The notes beneath the pieces are model-generated. The model was not told the origin of the DNA and made no database searches. It saw only the letters and a list, made by a program, of their open reading frames with translations. A stretch of 64,000 bases of DNA from Nitrosopumilaceae archaeon (GTDB taxonomy: Archaea > Thermoproteota > Nitrososphaeria > Nitrososphaerales > Nitrosopumilaceae): assembly GCA_965209085.1 (NCBI GenBank), contig OZ242376.1, positions 736,001-800,000 on the forward strand. Reading direction: 5' to 3'. The translations under genes were made by a program, and so were the position numbers. Of this stretch, positions 21,282 to 29,867 are shown in pieces; within the stretch, counting starts at the first letter, position 1; the number at the start of each line of letters is the position of its first letter.

Positions 21282-21499
21282 TTGGTGTGATCTGGCAAGA
21301 TTTCCTCATCGTTTGTGCTTTGTTGATTTCCTTAAATTGGCTCTGATCTACTGATCCAAAGCTTTTTCGGCCATTTACGTTCATGATCTAGAATCTTTAT
21401 GGTATGTTTTGGATTTTATTCGTGGACAGAGCCACCGCACATGAAAGATTTTTAATACAAACACTGCGCAGTTAAAATCTGAGATTTTATAAAAAAGAT

Positions 21500-21700
21500 T
21501 TGGTACTGCTGGCAGGATGCTCCCTTATGGGAGCCGGTTCTGCCATATACCTCCCACCTATACTGGCAGTTGCATTATCTGCTGGAATTTTTCTAGGGAT
21601 AAAGACATTCATGAGTAAAAGCTCACAGGTGTTATTGAATGCATCAAAGGGCGGAATATGTGTCCAATGCGGCCACAAAGCCGACGAATGCTCATGCTAG
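21500..21700 (+). CDS. Small membrane protein with C-terminal Cys cluster
   Basis: Two hydrophobic segments, CVQCGH...CSC; start uncertain. Confidence 0.5.
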   Translation: MVLLAGCSLMGAGSAIYLPPILAVALSAGIFLGIKTFMSKSSQVLLNASKGGICVQCGHKADECSC

Positions 21701-21810
21701 CCGTGATTTTAACCGCCATATCCAATTTACGATTATTTTTAACACTGTGCATGACTATTGGGCACGCATAGTTGATCATTTGATCAGCTTTTACCTCATA
21801 TCAATTTATA

Positions 21811-24657
21811 ATGGCTTTTACTGGCATATTTGGACATAGCATGAACAAAAACTTGCCAGTATTTGCATTCGGCATTCTTCTGATAGCATGCCTTGCTGGA
21901 AATGCGCATGCACAAACCATGGAACTTGCCAATAATGTTGTGATAAACGAGGTGGAAATCGGAGAGGATATGCAAAACGACTGGGTAGAGCTGTACAATC
22001 CAACAGATGAGACAGTAAACATTGGCGGCTGGATAATTACATCATTTGTACTGGGCGGTCCGCCTTTTACAATCCCACTTGATACAATGTTAAATCCTGG
22101 AGAATTTATCGTATATGAGCAGCACGGAGACTGGTTTTCATTTAATGCATCACTGCTGCAACTTCACGACGATGAGATACTTGTGGATTATTCTACACTA
22201 ATCGCTGATAGAGATCTTGATTCACAAACATGGTTTAGATCATATGATGGAGTACACGCCCCGAATGAAGGATATTGGAAGTATGGCAATTCCACAAAGA
22301 ATACATCAAACCACAATACAGACGATGATACCCCACAAGAGATTGAAATTAATACCGATCTTGATTTGTATTCGTTTGGAAATTCGGCACTGATAACTGG
22401 CACGGTTCCTGAAATTGCCGCGGATCCGAACTTTTATGGCGTTCCATCGTCTCTAACACTTGTTGTCTCTAGCCTTGACTTTGAGCGAACAATAAACCTA
22501 TACCCTGATAATAACAATCTTGGATTTACATACGATCTAAATCTGAATCCGGTATTGGGATTTAATGTCGGCACGTATACAATCAATGCCTCTTACGGAC
22601 AATTGTATGCTGTGACATCTTTTAATCTTGTAGAGGCACAAGAGGAACCTGCCCCCGTATCTGCAACAAAATTCCTCCAGATACAAACTGACGCCTCTGT
22701 TTACAATCCCGGTCAAACAGTAATGATGTCTGGTAGTACAAATGTGTATGTCCCATACAAGGCTGTCACGTATTCCATTATTGACCCAAATGGGAGTTTG
22801 TACAAATCCGGAACGCTGTTCCCAAGCGAGGATGGAACGTTTGCAGCTGATTTCCAGATTATACATCTAGATGCCCTGACTGGAATGTATCGTGTGACAT
22901 TTGAGTATTCAGTATATACAGCAGATCATACATTCGAGGTCGCAGAGGTGGACACCTCTGATAACCCAATTGACATATCATTTGACAAAAATGCATACGG
23001 TCTAAGTGATAAAGTAAAGATAACTGGAACCATAAACGATGTGGCACTAACCACCATTGAGATTGTAATACAGCAGATAACTTATGCGCCAGAATCACTT
23101 ACAATGCATCTTGACAAAGTATCTAATTCAATCCGTACGGTAAATTCAAAGGATTTCTCATACGAGTATCTCATACATGATAATACTGACCGACTGGGAA
23201 AATACAAAGTCACATTTACAAGCTCAGATATCCATGAAGAGAGAGTTTTTGCCGTAGTTTTGGATCCTGAAAATTATATCATAGATACAACGCCGTTCAC
23301 AATCGCCTCGGACATGCAGATATACAACGTGGGGGATGATATTACATTTACCGGAGTGATAAACGGAGAAAAAACCGACATTACTGGGGGGCAGGTTGTA
23401 ATAACAATGACGGATCCTGGCGGAAACAAACTCACCACGGCATCAGCAAAGGAAGGATCTGATCATGTAACTAAAACTGTCGATTATGCACTCACCGTCA
23501 TTCCAAACGGAGTTGGAGAATACACCATATCTGGCACACTGCACCGCTCTCTTTTCACCTCTGGCATATACGAGGCAACGGCAAACTATGCTGATAATCT
23601 GTACGTTGCAACCATGACATTTGAAGTGGTTGACCCGATACAGGACGGATCCCCGTTTGTACTGCATGTGGATAAGAGCATCCATGATGAAGGCTCGACT
23701 GTACTGATAACTGCAGAGGCGCCCGGACTTGAGCTTGGCAGCAAAGTTACAATTGAACTGCAAAAACCCGACGGTGAAATAGAATCATTTGAAATACTCT
23801 CAGATGAATCCTCCTTTGACTGGTCGTGGATCACGCCAAATCTGATTGATGATTCAAACCGCGGAGTGTACAGTGCCGCATTTACAAACAGACTGGGAAC
23901 AGAATCTGTAGAATTTACCGTGGGTGCAGAACCTGTAATGCAGCCTCTGAGTGTTGCAATAGATGCCAGTTTTGAATCCGGCAGCATTGCGAAAATAACT
24001 GGATTCACACCAGATGGTGGGCAATCTGTTGCAATTACCATACATGATGTAGAAAATTCTGAAAACATACTATACATGAATTCTGTTACAGCCGATGGAC
24101 AGGGCGCGTTTGCATTAGATATTCCTCTTGTATCAGCATTATGGGGTGAGGGATCTTACATGGTGAGCGCATCAAATGGGGATGAATCTGCAATTGCAGA
24201 ATTTGAATTACTCTCCGGGGCTGATGAGATACGGCATACTGCAAAGTTTCCAAACATACGCCAAACAAGCGTCATGATTGATACTGCCGCAATTGATCGT
24301 ACAGGGGAGGCATACCCTAGAATTATCCAAGGTACTTTGGTGGCAGGTCCCTACGGTACAGGGCAGGCTGCAGGAATATCCTTATCCACTCCAAGCGGCA
24401 TATGCATTGTAGGATATGATGATTCATGTATCGTACATGATATGACAGTGGTTACATCCGATGGTCCGTACGTAATAGCGGACGTTGATGGTACATCATA
24501 CAAAGTCCGGTACAGCGGTCCTGATGCAAACATTGAGACATTCACCGTACTTTCAGCATTTGCGGGCCAGGTTTTTGATGATTCATCATGGAATGCTGAA
24601 ATATATGATGCAGGATTGCCAACAAAATTCCATTATGAAATAACATACGTGGGATGA
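21811..24657 (+). CDS. Large secreted protein: lamin-tail domain plus repeated Ig-like/MG2-like domains
   Basis: Signal peptide, VVINEVE...DWVELYNPT..VNIGGW, repeated TD..Y..G..V.I.G units; start may be 21841. Confidence 0.85.
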   Translation: MAFTGIFGHSMNKNLPVFAFGILLIACLAGNAHAQTMELANNVVINEVEIGEDMQNDWVELYNPTDETVNIGGWIITSFVLGGPPFTIPLDTMLNPGEFIVYEQHGDWFSFNASLLQLHDDEILVDYSTLIADRDLDSQTWFRSYDGVHAPNEGYWKYGNSTKNTSNHNTDDDTPQEIEINTDLDLYSFGNSALITGTVPEIAADPNFYGVPSSLTLVVSSLDFERTINLYPDNNNLGFTYDLNLNPVLGFNVGTYTINASYGQLYAVTSFNLVEAQEEPAPVSATKFLQIQTDASVYNPGQTVMMSGSTNVYVPYKAVTYSIIDPNGSLYKSGTLFPSEDGTFAADFQIIHLDALTGMYRVTFEYSVYTADHTFEVAEVDTSDNPIDISFDKNAYGLSDKVKITGTINDVALTTIEIVIQQITYAPESLTMHLDKVSNSIRTVNSKDFSYEYLIHDNTDRLGKYKVTFTSSDIHEERVFAVVLDPENYIIDTTPFTIASDMQIYNVGDDITFTGVINGEKTDITGGQVVITMTDPGGNKLTTASAKEGSDHVTKTVDYALTVIPNGVGEYTISGTLHRSLFTSGIYEATANYADNLYVATMTFEVVDPIQDGSPFVLHVDKSIHDEGSTVLITAEAPGLELGSKVTIELQKPDGEIESFEILSDESSFDWSWITPNLIDDSNRGVYSAAFTNRLGTESVEFTVGAEPVMQPLSVAIDASFESGSIAKITGFTPDGGQSVAITIHDVENSENILYMNSVTADGQGAFALDIPLVSALWGEGSYMVSASNGDESAIAEFELLSGADEIRHTAKFPNIRQTSVMIDTAAIDRTGEAYPRIIQGTLVAGPYGTGQAAGISLSTPSGICIVGYDDSCIVHDMTVVTSDGPYVIADVDGTSYKVRYSGPDANIETFTVLSAFAGQVFDDSSWNAEIYDAGLPTKFHYEITYVG

Positions 24658-24759
24658 TCATATCATATGCTCCATCTTGCACAAATCATGCATAATATGG
24701 TGTACAATTTTACGTTAAATCCTGTCAGTCTTGATTATGCCTAACTAGACTTATTTAAC

Positions 24760-25887
24760 GTGGTTTTTGAGCCTAAAGGCATGGGCAGAATAAAATTCGG
24801 CATACAAAACGGGTTAAACATAGCGCGGGCCGGCTATTCTGAAGAGCAGATATTCACCTCGTGCATACTTGCCGATAGGGTAGGGTATGATTCCATATGG
24901 TATATGGATCATACCAACGTTCCACAATGGCCAAAGGCAACCGTGGTAGATCCCTGGGTGATGCTTCCGGCAATAGCTGCGCAGACACGACACGTGGAGC
25001 TTGGAACATGCGTTACTGATGCAATCCGGCGCCATCCATCAAACATTGCACTTGCAACTATAACACTTGATAGAATATCCGGAGGCCGGGCGATTCTTGG
25101 CATAGGAGCTGGAGAGGCGCAAAACCTCAAGGAATTTTGCATTCCGTTTGAAAAACCCGTTGGAAAGTGGGAAGAGCAGATACACGTAATCAAAAAATGT
25201 TTTGAATCATCCCCTGAAAATCCCGTCGATTACGAGGGCAAATACTATAAACTGGAAAAAGCATGTTTGCAGGCAAAATCTGTCAGAAAACCGCACCCTC
25301 CGATATACATGGCAGCTGGCGGCAAGCGCACGCTTGCAATGTGTGGAAAATACGGCGATGGGTGGCTGCCGATAGGATACACGCCGGAACTGTTTGAGGA
25401 TCACAAGTCGATTATAGAAAAATCCCGCAAGGAAAACAACAGAAACGATTCTGATTACGGGTATGGTTTGGATATAGACGTGTACTTTTCAGAGGATGCT
25501 GAAGCCTCGTGGGCAAGAATGAAGGAAGCTGTAAAGGTGAGCCTCTTTAAACCGGAAATACTGCGGGTTCACGGATTAAAAGAGATTGAAGGATTTGATT
25601 TTAGAAAATACTTTACAGAATATTCAATGTCCAATCAGGACTGGATTGTAAAGATGCGCGAGGCGGCAACAAAGATACCTGACATCATAGCGCGCTCTTC
25701 CGTTGCAGTCGGAACACCTGATGATGTAATTCCAGTATTTGAGCGGTTTATGAAATCTGGCGTCAACCACTTTGTCATACGGTTTTGGGGCAAAAACATC
25801 TTTGGCAGCATTGATTCGTTTGCAAGCAAGGTAATGCCATACTTGAAGGAAAAATCAGACCAGTGCGATACTGCCTTTAAGGATTAG
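24760..25887 (+). CDS. LLM-class (luciferase-like, probably F420-dependent) oxidoreductase
   Basis: GYDSIWYMDH, DPWV, LGTCVT, TLDRISGGRAILGIGAG, DGWLP. Confidence 0.9.
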   Translation: MVFEPKGMGRIKFGIQNGLNIARAGYSEEQIFTSCILADRVGYDSIWYMDHTNVPQWPKATVVDPWVMLPAIAAQTRHVELGTCVTDAIRRHPSNIALATITLDRISGGRAILGIGAGEAQNLKEFCIPFEKPVGKWEEQIHVIKKCFESSPENPVDYEGKYYKLEKACLQAKSVRKPHPPIYMAAGGKRTLAMCGKYGDGWLPIGYTPELFEDHKSIIEKSRKENNRNDSDYGYGLDIDVYFSEDAEASWARMKEAVKVSLFKPEILRVHGLKEIEGFDFRKYFTEYSMSNQDWIVKMREAATKIPDIIARSSVAVGTPDDVIPVFERFMKSGVNHFVIRFWGKNIFGSIDSFASKVMPYLKEKSDQCDTAFKD

Positions 25888-26110
25888 ATTGTGAGCTTTT
25901 TCTTGTATTCTCCTCAATGCGTTTGAGAATCTCGTATATATCGTCAATCTTTGAGATTTTTGTCTTTATCTCATCTAGTGCGCCATCTATGCTCTCGACA
26001 GATTCTGCAATCTCATCCAACGTATCTGCAATATCATCTAGCACATCCTCCTCTTCATCCTCATCCTCTTCATCTAATTCATCATCAATTTTCTCAATCT
26101 CATCTGGCAT
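25877..26110 (-). CDS. Small acidic coiled-coil protein
   Basis: D/E-rich N-terminus, heptad pattern. Confidence 0.7.
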   Translation of the reverse strand: MPDEIEKIDDELDEEDEDEEEDVLDDIADTLDEIAESVESIDGALDEIKTKISKIDDIYEILKRIEENTRKSSQSNP

Positions 26111-26219
26111 GAATCAAATGCACCCATGATGTATTTATGACTGTTGTAAAAATTCAAAACCGCCCATGATCGCACATTTTGCATTTTATATTTATAACGC
26201 CATTTGAAAACCTGCACTG

Positions 26220-27887
26220 TTGAATTTACTAGAACACTTTCCAACAGGGTTTACACCAAGGGTTGCACAAAAGGAGATACTACAAGAGATCGGCGAATAT
26301 CTTGATTCTGGATATAAAAAAATCATACTCTCTGCACCCACCGGAATTGGAAAATCCCTTGTGGCAGTGGCATTGGCTCGATCGCTTGAAACCTCGTTTA
26401 TAGTTACAAATTCAAAACATCTGCAGGATCAATACGTGCAGGATATCCCATACCTTGTCTCAGTTAAGGGCAAGTCAAATTATGCGTGCCTTAAAATCAT
26501 GAAAAAACAGGGAATGGAGGGGGATAGGACAGGTGCAATACGCATGGGCATGACGTGCGAGAAAGGCGAATGCGTTGAAAATATAACAAAGAATGGAAAA
26601 AAAATACAGCAAAACTGCATGTATAAACCAACGATAAAAGAATACGCGGAGAAAAAATTCGAAGGTACGGTATGCCCGTATTACGAGCAAAAGTATTCCG
26701 GATTGATAGAGCCGCATTCGATATGGAATTACGCATCATACCTGCAGATAATGAAGTACAATCAGAAAAACTATGGGCATTATCTGAACAAACAGGTTGT
26801 CATATTTGATGAGGCGCACAAACTTGAGGATCAAATCGTGGATTTTGTGGGCGTGGATTTGTACGAGGGGGCGCTGCGCGAATGCCATATACAGCCTGAC
26901 GAGTTCAAGCTTGACGATATAGGTGAAATTATATCTTTGCTTGATTCAATGTGCAATCATTATGCAGCAGAACTGCGCCGCATGGAAGAATCCGGATTAG
27001 AGACTGAAGTTGAAAAACGCGCGCACGCTGAGTCGCGCTACAAATCACTGGCAAACTCTAAAACCGACATTGAAGAGTCAAAGGGTAATTTTGTCGTAAA
27101 CCGGCCGGAAACTGACGGGGATGGCAATTTTAAAAAAATCTCGGTAAAACCTGTGGCAATATCAAAATACATCCAGTCGTTCATACGGTCCCCGTACCAG
27201 TTTTTCATGTCAGCTACAATCTCAAAAAAACCATTTTGTGCAAATATCGGTCTTGATCCTGAAGAGGTGGCAATAGTGGACGTGCCCCACTCGCCATTCA
27301 AACCTGAAAACCGCCAGGTGGAATTTTGCAACACGCGCTGGCTAAGCTACAAAAGCGGCCCCGATGATGAGCTAGCGGTAATAAAAGAGATTGACCGTAT
27401 AATGAGCCATCATGCAAAAGAAAAAGGACTAATCCTAACCTCATCAAAGAACAGGTGCTATCAGATATTAAACAACCTCTCAGAGGAGAACTCGCAGCGC
27501 ATCATCGTATGCCATTCAAAAAACCCGGGGGGTAAAACGCAGGATGATATGATTAAAAAACACGCAGAGCCGGGAAATTCAGTCCTCTTATCATCCTCTT
27601 TGTGGGAGGGTGTGGATTTAAAAGATGATTTGTCCAGGTTTCAAATAATCGCAAAGGTCCCGTATCCAAACTCGACTGAAAACTGGGTGAAAAAAAAGAT
27701 GAACCTTTTTCCATTTTGGTACCGCTCTGTTGCCATGACAAAACTTTTGCAGGGGACCGGCAGATCCGTTCGCAACATGGATGATTGGGCAAAAACTTAC
27801 ATGCTTGATTCAAACATTGAGCACATGCTTTTGCACAACAAACATCTTGTCCCAAAAGCATACTGTGACATGCTAAATCTCGTTTAG
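26220..27887 (+). CDS. DinG/XPD-family SF2 helicase
   Basis: APTGIGKS, Cys cluster, DEAH, MSAT, EGVD, QGTGRSVR. Confidence 0.9.
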   Translation: MNLLEHFPTGFTPRVAQKEILQEIGEYLDSGYKKIILSAPTGIGKSLVAVALARSLETSFIVTNSKHLQDQYVQDIPYLVSVKGKSNYACLKIMKKQGMEGDRTGAIRMGMTCEKGECVENITKNGKKIQQNCMYKPTIKEYAEKKFEGTVCPYYEQKYSGLIEPHSIWNYASYLQIMKYNQKNYGHYLNKQVVIFDEAHKLEDQIVDFVGVDLYEGALRECHIQPDEFKLDDIGEIISLLDSMCNHYAAELRRMEESGLETEVEKRAHAESRYKSLANSKTDIEESKGNFVVNRPETDGDGNFKKISVKPVAISKYIQSFIRSPYQFFMSATISKKPFCANIGLDPEEVAIVDVPHSPFKPENRQVEFCNTRWLSYKSGPDDELAVIKEIDRIMSHHAKEKGLILTSSKNRCYQILNNLSEENSQRIIVCHSKNPGGKTQDDMIKKHAEPGNSVLLSSSLWEGVDLKDDLSRFQIIAKVPYPNSTENWVKKKMNLFPFWYRSVAMTKLLQGTGRSVRNMDDWAKTYMLDSNIEHMLLHNKHLVPKAYCDMLNLV

Positions 27888-27917
27888 GCTTTAAATTCTG
27901 CCATAATCTTATCACAC

Positions 27918-29867
27918 ATGATGCAGTCAAAGTATGAAATATTCTCTGAATTTGCACCTGCCGGTGATCAGCCGCAGGCCATAGCAAAGCTTCTCAAAGG
28001 TGAAAAGCGGGGAATTGCACAGACCCTTCTTGGCGTGACCGGCTCCGGAAAGACGTTTTCGATGGCAAATGTTATTGCAAAAACTGGTAAAAACGCACTA
28101 ATAATCTCACACAACAAGACTCTTGCAGCGCAACTGTACGCTGAATTAAAACAGTTTTTCCCAAAAAACAACGTTGGATACTTTGTATCATACTATGACT
28201 ATTACCAGCCGGAAAGTTACATGCCACAGTCTGACACGTATATAGAAAAAGACACGCAGATCAATGAAAAAATAGAGAGATTAAGACTGCAGGCTACTGC
28301 GATGATACTCTCAGGTCAGCCTACGATTATAATCTCAACTGTATCGTGCATTTACTCGCTTGGAAATCCAGAAGACTGGTATGATATGGCAATACGCCTC
28401 AAGGTGGGCCAAAATATCGATAGGATGCAGCTGGTAAAGGCGTTAATTGACGCCCGCTATGAGCGAAACGACACTGAAGTTGCGCCTGGAAAATTCAGAG
28501 TGAGGGGTGGGACAATTGATGTAACGGAGGCGTATTCGGAAGATGTCATACGCATAGTGCTGTATGAGGATGTGGTTGAATCAGTATCCAGACTTTATCA
28601 TCCAAGTATGAATGAGAAAGACTCGATTCAAAATGTGATAATATTTCCGGCAAAACACTATCTTGTAGCCAAAGATGTCAGAGGTAAAGCCGTAAAGTCT
28701 ATAAAAAAAGAGCTCAAAGAGTGCCTTGCAAAACTCCCAGAGCTTGAAAAGCAGAGGTTGAAGACTAGAACGGCGCACGATTTGGAGATGATTGAGGAGC
28801 TAGGATACTGTTCGGGAATTGAAAATTATTCGCGGCACTTTGATGGGCGCGCGCGGGGAGAAAAGGCGTTTTGTCTTTTGGATTTTTTCAAGTCTGAGAA
28901 CTTTATGCTAATTATTGATGAATCACACGTTACACTGCCTCAATTGAGGGCAATGTACAAGGGGGATCATTCAAGAAAAACACAGCTAATCGATTACGGA
29001 TTCCGGCTCCCAAGCGCGTACGATAATAGGCCATTGATGTTTGAAGAGTTTGAAGAGTATGCAAAATGTGCAATATTTGTCTCAGCTACTCCCGGCGAAT
29101 ATGAAAAATCACATTCGGGGCAGATTGTAGAGCAGTTGGTGCGCCCCACAGGTTTGGTTGACCCATCTGTTGAGGTGCGTCAAAGTGCCGGCCAGATGGA
29201 TGCACTTGTAAAGGATATTCAGGCGAGGGCAAAACGCAAAGAGCGCACCCTAGTTACCGTATTGACTAAAAGAATGGCCGAAGATGTAGCTGAATACCTC
29301 TCAAAGCGGGGCGTTGCAGTACGGTATATGCATTCAGAGATAGTCGGTTTGCAAAGAACGGAGCTGATTAGGCAGATGCGCCTTGGCGAATTTGATGCAA
29401 TGGTTGGAATAAACCTGCTCCGGGAGGGCCTTGACATCCCAGAGGTATCGCTTGTCTGCATACTAGATGCTGACAAGGAGGGATTTTTGCGCAACGCGAC
29501 AAGCCTCATACAGACGTTTGGGCGCGCCGCTAGAAATTCATCAGGTTCTGTCGTACTGTATGCAGATAAAATGACTGATTCAATAAAGACTGCAATATCT
29601 GAAACAAACAGACGCCGAATACGCCAAGAGGCATACAATAAGCGCCACAATATAACCCCATGTACAATAGTAAAGGCTGTCCCTGCCGGAGAGACAAGAC
29701 TTGATGAGGTGAAAAACATGTCGGTGCACGATTTGAATACCATGAGCATAACTTTGGATGCGCAGATGAAAGATTATGCGCATGATTTGGATTTTGAGCG
29801 GGCCATTGAATGCCGCGATAGAATAAAATCAATAGGCAGGGAGATTGAATACAAGAATGAAAAATGA
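27918..29867 (+). CDS. uvrB: Excinuclease ABC subunit B
   Basis: GDQPQAI, GVTGSGKT, YYDYYQPE, DESH, NLLREGLD, C-terminal UVR domain. Confidence 0.97.
   Translation: MMQSKYEIFSEFAPAGDQPQAIAKLLKGEKRGIAQTLLGVTGSGKTFSMANVIAKTGKNALIISHNKTLAAQLYAELKQFFPKNNVGYFVSYYDYYQPESYMPQSDTYIEKDTQINEKIERLRLQATAMILSGQPTIIISTVSCIYSLGNPEDWYDMAIRLKVGQNIDRMQLVKALIDARYERNDTEVAPGKFRVRGGTIDVTEAYSEDVIRIVLYEDVVESVSRLYHPSMNEKDSIQNVIIFPAKHYLVAKDVRGKAVKSIKKELKECLAKLPELEKQRLKTRTAHDLEMIEELGYCSGIENYSRHFDGRARGEKAFCLLDFFKSENFMLIIDESHVTLPQLRAMYKGDHSRKTQLIDYGFRLPSAYDNRPLMFEEFEEYAKCAIFVSATPGEYEKSHSGQIVEQLVRPTGLVDPSVEVRQSAGQMDALVKDIQARAKRKERTLVTVLTKRMAEDVAEYLSKRGVAVRYMHSEIVGLQRTELIRQMRLGEFDAMVGINLLREGLDIPEVSLVCILDADKEGFLRNATSLIQTFGRAARNSSGSVVLYADKMTDSIKTAISETNRRRIRQEAYNKRHNITPCTIVKAVPAGETRLDEVKNMSVHDLNTMSITLDAQMKDYAHDLDFERAIECRDRIKSIGREIEYKNEK

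Larger units (their letters stand above)
14432..21433 (-). mobile_element. Split host IS (IS4/IS5-like DDE) enclosing ~5.8 kb of nested DNA
   Basis: TIRs aGCTCTGTCCATGAAT (14432) / GGCTCTGTCCACGAAT (rc, ends 21433); flanks ACTGCACAT / ACCGCACAT (9-bp TSD, 1 mismatch); transposase halves rejoin in frame. Confidence 0.85.

Noticed and set aside
14220-21450. Integrase-type island at tRNA-Pro
   Set aside because: No duplicated tRNA 3' end and no integrase seen; the region is explained by a nested IS starting ~140 bp downstream.
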